Below, one piece after another: positions 1-12,349 of a DNA stretch of 64,000 nt. The stretch is taken from the NCBI GenBank assembly GCA_964016885.1, contig OZ024761.1, positions 24,304,001 through 24,368,000 on the forward strand, given 5' to 3'. The stretch comes from Eledone cirrhosa (Eukaryota). The notes under the pieces are model-generated. The model searched no databases. It was not told the DNA's origin and saw nothing but the letters and a program-made list of their open reading frames with translations. Every line of letters starts with the position of its first letter. Position 1 is the stretch's first letter. A program made the position numbers and the translations under genes.

Positions 1-39
1 TTGTCGTCTGCTGGTCGTACGACGGTCCCCTCTACCCCG

Positions 40-427
40 CCACACAAACAAACATATAAATAGACACACACACAAATACACACACACACAAACAGACACA
101 CACACACACACACACACACAGAAACACACACACACAAAAACAGACAAACACACACAGAAACACATACACACACACACACAAACATGCAAACACACACAGA
201 AACAGACATACACACAAACAAACGTACAGAGCCACACACAGAAACAGACACACGGACACACGCACACACGCACACAAACAAACACACAAACCGACATACA
301 CAGACACAAACAACAAACAGACTCACACACAAACAGACTTAAACATGATGGTGGGTGAGAGAGCAATTCTATTTATCTGTGTGTGCGTGTGTGTTGTATG
401 AATATGTGTGTCTGTGTGTGTGTGCGC

Positions 428-463
<36 letters not shown>

Positions 464-563
464 GCACACACACATATATATATATATATATCGAATGTAA
501 ATATATATATATATCGAATGTAATTATATATATATATCGAATGTATATATATATATATATCGA

Positions 564-604
<41 letters not shown>

Positions 605-637
605 GAATGTATATATATATATATATATATATATCGA

Positions 638-717
<80 letters not shown>

Positions 718-718
718 A

Positions 719-749
<31 letters not shown>

Positions 750-750
750 A

Positions 751-826
<76 letters not shown>

Positions 827-1083
827 ACTGTATATATATATATCGTATATATATATATATATATATATATCGAATATATATATATATATATTGTTTGTAT
901 ATATATATATATATCGTATATATATATATATATCGAATATATATATATATCGAATATATATATATATATATCAAATATATATATATATATCGAATATATA
1001 TATATATATATGTATATATCGAATATATATCGAATATATATATATATATAATATAATATGATATAATATAATATAATATATAT
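40..1083. repeat. (AC)n-like then (AT)n microsatellite with recurrent CGAATG interruptions
   Basis: Direct reading of the sequence; explains the poly-YI/VC ORFs. Confidence 0.95.
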
Positions 1084-1355
1084 ACAAGGACAGAAGCAAT
1101 GGTGGTTCGGTAGGGCGCGGTGTGATATGATGGAGACACACCAGTATATATTTTCTCGGTAATGGTTGAGAAAAGATTTTAACGCCATAAATATAGGAAG
1201 GACAAAAAATTGTTATAAAATTAAAAGAGAATGGCGCGGCGGCTGACATGTTGAATATTTCATTGAAACAAACGACATCTCTTTCAGATGATAGAAGAAA
1301 ACATATCAACACGAGCAGGTTTGTGTGGCATGTAAAAAAAATATTACATATGTTA

Positions 1356-1459
<104 letters not shown>

Positions 1460-1559
1460 CTTACATATATATATATATATATATATGTATTTATATATAT
1501 ATATATGTATATATATGTATATATATATATATATGTATATATGTATATATATATATACT

Positions 1560-1640
<81 letters not shown>

Positions 1641-1727
1641 ATATATATATATATACTTACATATATATCTGTATATATGTATATATATATATATACTTAT
1701 ATATATATATATATATATATATATACT

Positions 1728-1819
<92 letters not shown>

Positions 1820-1824
1820 CTTAC

Positions 1825-1894
<70 letters not shown>

Positions 1895-1897
1895 GTG

Positions 1898-1931
<34 letters not shown>

Positions 1932-2129
1932 AATGTATATATATAGATATGTATATATACATATACACATACACACACGCGCACGCACACACACATATAT
2001 AGAGAGAGAGAGTGTGAGTGTGTGTGTGTGGTGAAATATATAATGATATAATGGGAGATGTATGTATAAGTAGTGGTGTTTCTTTCTGTAAATGTATGGG
2101 CTTATCATGTGCAAGTGTGTGTATGTGTG

Positions 2130-2590
2130 TGTGGAAGCAAGTGTGTATAGAGGGAAGTGTGTGTAGATGGAAGTGTGTGTGAAAGCAAGTGTGTATAGAG
2201 GGAAGTGTGTATAGAGGGAAGTGTGTATAGTGGAAATAAGTGGGGACGAGATGAAGTGTGTGTGGAAGCAAGTGTGTATAGAGGGAAGTGTGTATAGAGG
2301 GAAGTGTGTATAGTGGAAATAAGTGGGGACGAGATGAAGTGTGTGTGGAAGCAAGTGTGTATAGAGGGAAGTGTGTATAGAGGGAAGTGTGTGTAGAGGG
2401 AAGGGTGTGTAGAGGGAAGTGTGTGTAGAGGGAAGGGTGTATAGAGGGAAGTGTGTATAGAGGAAAGAAGTGGGGACGAGATGAAGTGTGTGTGGAAGCA
2501 AGTGTGTATAGAAGGAAGTGTGTGTAGAGGGAAGGGTGTATAGAGGGAAGTGTGTATAGAGGGAAGAGGTGGGGACGAGATGAAGAGATT
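2130..2590. repeat. 16-bp minisatellite (gtgtgtatagagggaa) with higher-order unit containing gtggggacgagatgaag
   Basis: Repeated 16-mer; gtggggacgagatgaag recurs four times. Confidence 0.85.
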
Positions 2591-2806
2591 TTATGGAGAC
2601 CCTTCTCTGTGTATAAAGAAAATAGATTAAAGTCATATATTTTTCAGGTATATAATTTTAGGCCGTGTATATTTATTTAAGAATATATATACATATATAT
2701 ATATACATTATATATAGACTTGATATATATAAATATATGTATATATATATAAATATACAATGAATATCTATCTCTCACTCTCTCTCTATATATATATCGC
2801 TCTCTA

Positions 2807-2921
<115 letters not shown>

Positions 2922-3232
2922 TATATATTATATATTTATATATATATATATGTATGTATGTATAGACATATTTTTGGATGTGTTTGTTGTTATACATAAA
3001 TATAAGCATGCGAATAAACAAAACCACCACAGGCCCCCACTCCCTCTTTATATATATATATATATTATATATATATATTTATACATTTCAGTCTAAGTGG
3101 ATATACAGCAGTAGGGTAGTGCATAATACAAAGTTCTACCCCCACCCTCACTACTTACAATATATATATAAGTTTTAACGACATAAAGTACATTTATTTT
3201 ATGGACAAACATATATAGTAATTTGCATGTAT

Positions 3233-3293
<61 letters not shown>

Positions 3294-3329
3294 GCATAGT
3301 TGTATATATATATATATATATATATATAC

Positions 3330-3517
3330 AAAATAACCGAGGTGTCCTACACGAGTGCAAGTATAAAGAAAAAGGGATGAAATCGAAAATGCAACTGAAG
3401 TCTTATTTTTTTAAAAAATATATATATTTATTTGGTTCCTTTACCGGTTTCGCAGTTCTTCTGCTTTTCAAAAGGTGAGTTGAGATGGAGGGTCTGTGGT
3501 TTTTCTCACATCTGTAG
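3330..3517 (-). mobile_element. Dispersed repeat (Penelope pLTR-like fragment) with degenerate hammerhead motif
   Basis: Homologous to 7300-7430; minus strand 3477-3438 reads cctt TTGAAAA gcag aagaa ctgc GAAA ccgg TA aagg, followed by AATAAA. Confidence 0.6.
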
Positions 3518-3531
3518 ATATAATGCATAGT

Positions 3532-3577
<46 letters not shown>

Positions 3578-3683
3578 GCATAGTTGTATATATATATATA
3601 TATATGAATATATATGTACATATATATATATATATGCATATATATGTGCATATATACATATATATATATATGCATATATATGT

Positions 3684-3729
<46 letters not shown>

Positions 3730-3921
3730 GTGTGTGTGTATATATGTTTATATATATATGTATATATATATATACATATATGTGTGTGTGTGAGTGAGTA
3801 TAAGCATTATATGTATCTATATGTGCATATAATATATTTTTTTATAGCAGTTCCAGGAAAAATAGATAGAACGATATACAAGATCGACATATCGAATATA
3901 TACATATGTATATATATATAC

Positions 3922-3968
<47 letters not shown>

Positions 3969-4140
3969 CATATATACATATATATACATACATATATATA
4001 CATATATACATATATACATATATACATATATACATATATATATAAATATACATATATATACATACATATATATACATATATACATATATATATATATACA
4101 TACATGTCTATATATATGTTTACATATATATATATATATA

Positions 4141-4253
4141 TAGGACTAGCGTCCGAAACGTTAAGACCCTCTTCCTGCTATATCAAGCGTTAACCTAATA
4201 TATCCCTTCCATATACTGTACCGATTGTGTTATTATTTCTGTTTACCTTTTAC
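4141..4253 (+). mobile_element. Probable pLTR-like fragment retaining only the 3' half of a hammerhead motif
   Basis: ggac tagc gtcc GAAAC GTTA directly after a (TA)n tract; CUGAnGA absent. Confidence 0.4.
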
Positions 4254-4448
4254 ACACACACACACACACACACATGTATATATATATATATATATATATA
4301 TAAACGTTTACACATATATATACATACATATACATATACGTGTTTTGCAACTGGTCACTTAGTGGCTCAATGAAAAATTAATAAATTAAACAATCATATA
4401 TATAATTATAATAAAATAACAGGAGCTGCACTTGTGTAAATCCTTGAA

Positions 4449-4491
<43 letters not shown>

Positions 4492-4682
4492 GGTTTGAAG
4501 GTTCACCACTGGATAGAGCTGGTCATTCCGTATGGTCAATCTAGATGTAATAATATGGAGAGTACTCAACGTAAAGCAGCTCAACCGCCTTCGTTTGTGT
4601 AGTTGGTGGTGCGAGTACGGAGTTAACTATTATAATAAAATAACAAGAGGCTGGACTTGTGTAAATCCTTGAAAGGTTTATT

Positions 4683-4740
4683 ATACTATGATCATTTCAA
4701 TGACCGGGTTCCGTATGAATCCGGTGATATCATCAGGTAT
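4683..4740 (-). ncRNA. Minimal type I hammerhead ribozyme motif (mirror copy)
   Basis: Minus strand: atac CTGATGA tatc accgg a ttc atacg gaa c ccggt catt GAAA tgatca TA gtat. Confidence 0.6.
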
Positions 4741-4865
4741 TCGAAATATAATGAATGAGGGCGACCAGCTAAAGTGGAAGATGCTAGATGGTCGGTCGGC
4801 CTCGGGTCTATGATTTTCAGCCCCATGGATTTTATCTGTTACATTCATCATTTATTATATTTCGA

Positions 4866-4923
4866 ATACCTGATGATATCACCCGATTCATACGGAACCC
4901 GGTCATTGAAATGATCATAGTAT
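4866..4923 (+). ncRNA. Minimal type I hammerhead ribozyme motif
   Basis: atac CTGATGA(4870-4876) imperfect stem II GAAA(4908-4911) t-gatc-a TA gtat; palindromic stem III loop; AATAAA at 4924. Confidence 0.6.
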
Positions 4924-5279
4924 AATAAATCTTTCAATGATTTACACAAGTCTAGCCTCCTGTTATTTTATTATAATAGTTAACTCCGTACTCGCACCAC
5001 CAACTACACAAACGAAGACGGTTGAGCTGCTTTAGGTTGAGTACTCTCTATATTATTACATCTAGATTGACCATACAGAATGACCAGCTCTATCCAGTGG
5101 TGAACCTTCAAACCTAAATAAATATATATATGGAGGAGGTTATAGTTCACTTGAAGCATTGTGTAATGAGGTATCAACGTTTGTATATGTATAATAAAGC
5201 CAAAACAATGCAGGTATGGACATAGAATAAAGAATGCAAATGCAAAAGATATTGTTGACAATTAGTCTTTTACCTTAGA

Positions 5280-5332
5280 TTTATTTAAATGTCCTAAATT
5301 TTCGAGATAATATCTCTTCTTCAGAGAGAAGT
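5280..5332 (-). ncRNA. Hammerhead-like core, probably degenerate
   Basis: Minus strand CTGAAGA a gagat att atctc GAAA att TA; stem I weak; AATAAA downstream. Confidence 0.35.
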
Positions 5333-5460
5333 AAAGTTGTCAAACCAGTGTTCTAAATAGCTTGCCAAATATATATATATATGTGTATATATATATATAT
5401 ATATACACACATATATATATATATATATATATACATATCTATATATATATGTTGACATAT

Positions 5461-5570
5461 GGGCAAAACCAACATGTAGGAGGCCCAGAGGTAGACCCCG
5501 AGAAAGATGATTGGATAATATCCCTGAGCTTGCCTGGTCTTGCTTGGGGATCCAGCAGGATCGGTTGGAA
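5461..5570 (+). pseudogene. RTE-type LINE ORF2 C-terminal fragment
   Basis: Translates AKPTCRRPRGRPRER*LDNIPELAWSCLGI; same family as 5940-6380 in opposite orientation. Confidence 0.7.
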
Positions 5571-5632
5571 AGGGTGGATGGTGCCCCAGAATGGACTCAG
5601 CCGGATGGCTGGAACAGGTAAAAGAGTAAAAG
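5571..5632 (+). mobile_element. SINE 3' tail fragment
   Basis: ggtgccccag...cagccggatggctggaacaggtaaaagagtaaaag; reverse-complement match at 20624-20680. Confidence 0.6.
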
Positions 5633-5673
<41 letters not shown>

Positions 5674-5939
5674 CATTTTTAACTCTATCCATTCGTCCAT
5701 ACTTGCATAATACAGAAACCTTAATGAAGCAGATAATTAAAGGAGTCTGTAGGAAATTCCTAAATACGGGAGGAGCTGATATTAGCGAAAACAGAATATT
5801 CAAAATGAATTGGAAATCTAAATTAATTCAAGCATTTGCGTTTTCATTGAATACCTCAATTCCTATGTACTACATCCACCCCAAAATATACATGCCAGTA
5901 TTCTTCTCTCTTTCTTCGCCCACTTATTCCTGAGAGTGT

Positions 5940-6380
5940 CGTGGGGGAAGAGTCATCAAATACACCCTCCAGCGGCTCCTGTCAGATGCAACGATCTCCA
6001 ACTACTCCGGCCGGATTCCCAAGCAAGGCCAGCCAAGTTCATGGATGTTTTCCAACCATCTTTCTCTGGGCTACCCCTGTGTCTCCTGCCTGTTGGTTTT
6101 GCTCGTAAAATCTGTTCAACGATTCTTTCTTCAGACATTCTAACAACATTCCTATTGTAACAGAGCTATTATCACTCAATTCGGAGATATAACGGCTCTG
6201 CATAAAGTGATTATCTGATCACCGAGCTACGCAATTTATCGAGCAACATTACTCCTAAGACACTTCGGTGGAATCCCATTTTGGCCGCTTGCGACCGTTT
6301 TCTTTCGGTCATTACCTAAGATTTATGATCATAGGTAAGGGTTGGACAAAAACTGAATTGAAGACAGTGATTTTAGCCAT
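5940..6380 (-). pseudogene. RTE-clade LINE 3' end (post-RT C-terminal region), decayed
   Basis: Minus-strand translation across stops and frameshifts: AKITVFNSVFV.TLTYDH..VMTER..AAKMGF..LLDKLRSSVIR..VVRMSEERIVEQILRAKPTGRRHRG..RWLENIHELGW..ASDRSRWR. Confidence 0.8.
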
Positions 6381-6734
6381 GAAAATCAGTGAATGGTGTC
6401 ATTCTACGTCAAATATGTAATGGGGTAGTGGTCACTGCAGATTATTATATAGAAACTAGGTAAAACGACGGTAAAACATTCTCATACCAATAATTTGTGA
6501 AAGGTTGGGATATGGTTGAGAAGGACCTGTGTGATTTAACTCTACCCTGAACGGTCGGGGTTTAGGGAATCAGTTCAAATATAGAAAGAATGGATTAAGA
6601 TTGGTCGAGATCGATAATTTCTGTAGTGTGGTCCGGATGTATTTATGTTCAAGAAAAGGCAATTGGCGGTATTAGTTACATACACATATAAAAACAGCCC
6701 CATATTAATTATATATATATATGCATGCGTGTGA

Positions 6735-6870
6735 ATGCGTGTGGCTGATTGGTTAGAGAATTGGATTCACAATCGTGAGGTTGTGAGTTCGATTCCTGGA
6801 CCAAGCGATCCGTTATGTCCTTCAGAAAGACACTTTATTTCGCGTTGCTCCTTCTACCTGGAGTTGCAAC
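6735..6870 (+). mobile_element. tRNA-derived SINE (family B) 5' part
   Basis: A box tggctgattgg, B box agttcgattcc, then tgtcctt..aagacactttatttc.cgttgctcc; homologous to 20270-20410(-) and 42420-42540(-). Confidence 0.75.
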
Positions 6871-7205
6871 CGATAGATAGTATTAGCAATTGGAAAGACC
6901 AGTGGAAACTTTGTTTCCTCGGTCCGATTTGACTAAAGTCGATCGTTCCTTTTTTTAAATATAAATATATGCTTGCATATATAGGCGTACACATATACAC
7001 ACACATATATATATATATTTATTTATTTACACACACACACACATATATGTGTGTAAGTTTCATTTTAGATAGAAATGTAACGAAAGCTTTCTTAAACACT
7101 TAAGTAACTTAAATGTGAGTAAATCTATGTGAATAATATAATATTCATTAATTATATATAGCTACAGAGTGTGTTTGTTGAAATTCCTCTACTTCGGATA
7201 CATAA

Positions 7206-7284
<79 letters not shown>

Positions 7285-7299
7285 CATGTGTATGTGTTC

Positions 7300-7430
7300 T
7301 CCGAAAATGCAACTGGAGTCTTTTTAAGAATATTTATTTATTTCCTTTACCGGTTTCACAGTTCTTATGCTTTTCTAGGGTATAATTGAGATGGAGGGTT
7401 TGCGGTTTTTCTCGCATCTGGTTTTTCTCG
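7300..7430 (-). mobile_element. Second, more decayed copy of the 3330-3517 repeat
   Basis: Shares cgaaaatgcaactg, ttcctttaccggtttc and ttgagatggagggt. Confidence 0.7.
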
Positions 7431-7489
7431 CATATATATATGAGTGTGTGTGTGTATGTGTTTATATATCTATATCTTTATATATATAT

Positions 7490-7759
7490 ACAGCTCTCCC
7501 AAAAGTCAGCTCAAAAGTGACACAGAGGAGATTGAGGTTAGCTGGACATGCTCACTGTCATCCAGAGTTGACATTGCACTCAATGCTCCTGTGGGAGCCC
7601 CTACATGGACACACTAGAAGAGGAAGAGCAAGGTTAACGTATGTTGATGCCCTAAGGACAGACACTGGTCTGGAGACGCAGGATATGGCAGCGATAATGA
7701 GGGACAGAGACCGCTGGAGAGAACTCGTCCATGGATCTCGGGAGTTTTACCTGCCCTAG
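7490..7759 (+). pseudogene. RTE-type LINE ORF2 C-terminus, 5'-truncated copy in microsatellite
   Basis: LPKVSSKVTQRRLRLAGHAHCHPELTLHSMLLWEPLHGHTRRGRARLTYVDALRTDTGL..IMRDRDRWRELV, typical post-RT tail; frame still open. Confidence 0.85.
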
Positions 7760-7760
7760 A

Positions 7761-7831
<71 letters not shown>

Positions 7832-7845
7832 TTATATATCTATAT

Positions 7846-7899
<54 letters not shown>

Positions 7900-8914
7900 T
7901 TAAATATTCTTTATTCTGGCCAGTGTTGTGGATTACTCTGGCGTTTCACCTGTGTTCTCACACCTGTATTGGTGTAGGTTCTTGTTGGCGATATACTAGG
8001 TTGCAGCTCATACAAGATTTGTAGTTTTCTCCCCCACGGCACTCCCACCCCATAACCTTTTTTTTTTTATTTAACGACAATGTCCTCATTTCAATCAGGA
8101 ATAACAGGTAACTCGTATTGAAACCAAAGTTCATGCCCATGGACCTTGTCTCCTTGAGTCAATTGTTACAACAACAACAACAACGACCACCACCACATCA
8201 ACAACAAACAACAGGAAGTGTTTCTTCTATGTTTGAAAAAAGAAAAAAATTCAAATGAAACAAAATTAAATAGAATAAAATCTAAATATCATGTATTTCC
8301 CCCCTTCAAACCTCCAAATTACAAACTGAAGCAGTATCGTATCTTAGAGCGAAACATCTCAGATTTTTTAATATTTATTTATTTATTTCATTAATTTTCT
8401 TATTTATTTATTTATTTATTTATTTATTTTTTTTTTTTTTTTGTTTTTTTTTTTAAATTTATTTATTGTGTGTGAAATGTTGATCTCGTTTTCTGGACTC
8501 GAATGCGAGAGTTGTTGAGACCAAAAACCATTGTGAATTGCGCACAAAAAAACATAACAAACACCACCACCAAAAATAATAATAATAATAATAATAATAA
8601 TAAAGGATAATAATTGCAACAGTCACCTAATGAAAGTCTAATGGCCTTAATTGTCTCTTAAAAAGATATTAATTTATTTAATTTTTCATTATCATCATCA
8701 CCATGACCAACATCATCATCATCTTCATTATTATAATTATGACAAATATTGTTAGTTCTATCATTATGACATGTCATTGTTGTTGTTGTTGTTGTTGTTG
8801 TTGTCCTTTGTTTCTTTTTGTGGCTGTCGTTCTTATTTAATGGTGGAGAGTGGGGAAATGCTTAAAAACAAAAATTAAACACACACACATATATACATAC
8901 ATACATACGTATAC

Positions 8915-8996
<82 letters not shown>

Positions 8997-9032
8997 ATAT
9001 ATATATATATATATATTATCTATAATATATAT

Positions 9033-9093
<61 letters not shown>

Positions 9094-9381
9094 CCACAGA
9101 AAAAAGAATACAAACACATACACACACACATATATATATATATATGTATGTATACATACACACACATGTATGTACATATATATATATATGTATGTATACA
9201 TGTATGTATATATATATATATATATATGCATACACACACATGTATATATATATATATATGCATACACACACATGTATATATACATATATATATGCATACA
9301 TACATGTATATATATATATACTATATATACATATATATATATATATAATATGTGTGTGTGTACAGACAAAGACACACACAC

Positions 9382-9423
<42 letters not shown>

Positions 9424-9599
9424 GATGGTTTAAGGGCGTGAAAGAGTGGAGAAAAACTCAAGAAACTAAATAGTAGCAATAATTATTTTCATCATCGTTG
9501 TTGAAAAAAATCATTGGAAAAATTAAAAAATTTCGAAATCTCTTTTTTCTTTTCAAATTTTCATTTTAATTTGAATAATGTCGAATGTCATGATATTTA

Positions 9600-10580
9600 T
9601 GGTGATGATGATGATGTTGGTGATGATGTTGGTGATGATGTTGGTGTTGATGGTGGTGGTGGTGGTGGTGGTGTTGATGGTGGTGATGGTGATAGTGTTG
9701 ATTGTGATGGTGGCGGCGGTTGTGATGATGGTGGTGGTGATGGTGGTGATGGTGATGGTGATAGTGTTGATGGTGATGGTGATGGTGGTGTGGGTGATGG
9801 TGGTAGCGGTTGGGGCGGTGATGGTGACGGTGGCGGTGATGGTCGTGATGGTGATGGTGGTGGTGGCGGTGATGTTGATAGTGTTGATTGTGATGGTGTT
9901 GATGGTGATGGTGGTGGTGGTGATGGTGGCGATGGTGATGGAGGTGATGGTGGTGATGGTTGTGGTGTTGATGGTGATGGTGGTGTGGGTGATGGTGGTA
10001 GCGGTTGGGGCGGTGATGGTGACGGTGGCGGTGATGGTCGTGATGGTGATGGTGGTGGTGGCGGTGATGTTGATAGTGTTGATTGTGATGGTGTTGATGG
10101 TGATGGTGGTGGTGGTGATGGTGGCGATGGTGATGGAGGTGATGGCGGTGATGGTTGTGGTGTTGATGGTGGCGATGGTGATGGTGGCGGTGACGCTATT
10201 GATGACGATGGTGTTGGTGGTGTTGATGATGATGGTACTGGTGGGATTGGTGATGGTGGTGGTGGTGGTGGCGGTGATGGTGATGTTTATGATGATGATA
10301 GTGATGATGACGGTTGAGATGGTGATGCTGATGATGGTGTTTAGCATGGTGACAAAGATGATGATGCTAATTGAGACGATGTTGCTGCTTCTGCTGCTGA
10401 TGATGATGATGACGGTGGTGGTTAACATGGTGACAATGATGATGAGGATGATGAAATTGTTTAACAAGGTGTCAATGATGATGATGATGATGATGATGTG
10501 AAGGTGGTTAACATGGTGACAAAGATGATGATGCTGATGATGAGGAAGGTGTTTGACATGGTGACAACGATGATGATGTA
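9600..10580. repeat. (GGT/GAT)n low-complexity tract with an internal 195-bp tandem duplication
   Basis: gatggtggtgtgggtgatggtggtagcggttgggg at 9781 and 9976. Confidence 0.85.
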
Positions 10581-10951
10581 GTCGCTATTGTTGTTGTTAA
10601 AATTCTTTTTTAGTGTTGGTAATGATTTTAGGGGTGAAAAACAACAATAAAAAACAACGCAACATTTTGTATAGTGAAACATTTTAAATTCGTCAATAAT
10701 CACAATTATGAGTTAGTGTGTGTGTAGGGGGGTTGAGGAGGTGTGAGGTTGTGGGGAGGTGTGTATGTAGTTTGGGCTCTGTGTGTCTGTGTGTGTGTTG
10801 TTTGTGTTCGGTGTGAAGTTCTGTGTGTGTGTGTTTTATATATGATTGAGTGTGTGAGCATGTAGTTATTTATGTGTTTGTGTGTGGTTGTGTGTATTTG
10901 CTTGTTATATATATATATATATATATATATATGTTTGTGTGTGTGTGTGTG

Positions 10952-10996
<45 letters not shown>

Positions 10997-11446
10997 ATAT
11001 ATGTATATGTATATATATATGTGTGTGTATATGTATATATATGTGTGTGTGTGCGTATATATATATGTATATATATGTATATATATATATGTATGTATAT
11101 GTATATATATATATGTATGTATATGTACATATATATATGTATATATATATGTATATATATGTACATATATATATGTATATATATATGTATATATATGTAC
11201 ATATATATATGTATATATATGTATATATATGTACATATATATATATGTATATATATGTATATATATATATGTATATATATGTATATATGTATATATATGT
11301 ATATGTATATAAATGTATATATATGTATATATGTGTGTATATATGTATATGTATATATATATATATGTGTATATATGTATATATCTATATGTATATATAC
11401 ATATATATATTTTTAATGTATATATATATATGTATATATACATATA

Positions 11447-11481
<35 letters not shown>

Positions 11482-11661
11482 ACATATATATTTATATACA
11501 CATATATATATATATACATATATATATACACACATATATATATACACACATATATTATATATATACATATATATATTAGATATATAGATATATATATGTG
11601 TGTTTATATGTATATATATATGTGTGTGTGTATATATATATATATGCATATATATGTATAT

Positions 11662-11717
<56 letters not shown>

Positions 11718-11771
11718 TTACATATATATATATATATTTACATATATATATATACATATGTATATATATAT

Positions 11772-11864
<93 letters not shown>

Positions 11865-12209
11865 ATTGCGTGTGTTTTACGTGTGTGATATTTTTCGTCT
11901 CCTTGTTCTGTTAGTTTGTCCAATGTTAGTGTTGTTTACACAAATATTTGTTTAATCCCTCTCTCCCTTCCTCCTATTCTTTTTTCTTTCTCTCCCTCGG
12001 CCGTTGATAATAAAAGGAGAGAAGAGGTTAACACTCATTTTACAAGAGAGAGAGAGGGAGAGAGAGCGGGAGTGAGAGAGAGAGGGAAAGAGAGTGATAG
12101 GAAGTGAGAGAGAGGGGGAAAGAGATAGGGAGTGAGCGTGAGAGAGGGGGAAAGAGATAGGGAGTGAGAGAGAGAGAGAGGGGCAGTCAGAGAGAGGGGG
12201 AGAGATATA

Positions 12210-12256
<47 letters not shown>

Positions 12257-12349
12257 GGAGTGTGAGAGAGAGATATAGAGAGATAGATAGAGAGAGAGAG
12301 AAAGAGAGAGATAGAATGACCAGAAAATGTAATAATACTGATAGTAACG

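Larger units (their letters stand above)
4486..5120. mobile_element. Long inverted repeat (about 273-bp arms, 89-bp spacer); Penelope-like inverted pLTR pair
   Basis: 4486-4758 is the near-exact reverse complement of 4848-5120; flanked by (TA)n; each arm carries a hammerhead core. Confidence 0.85.

Noticed and set aside
6735-6800. tRNA genes at A/B-box sites (also 20340-20405, 23909-24000, 27997-28047)
   Set aside because: No complete cloverleaf; they continue into shared SINE bodies or are truncated
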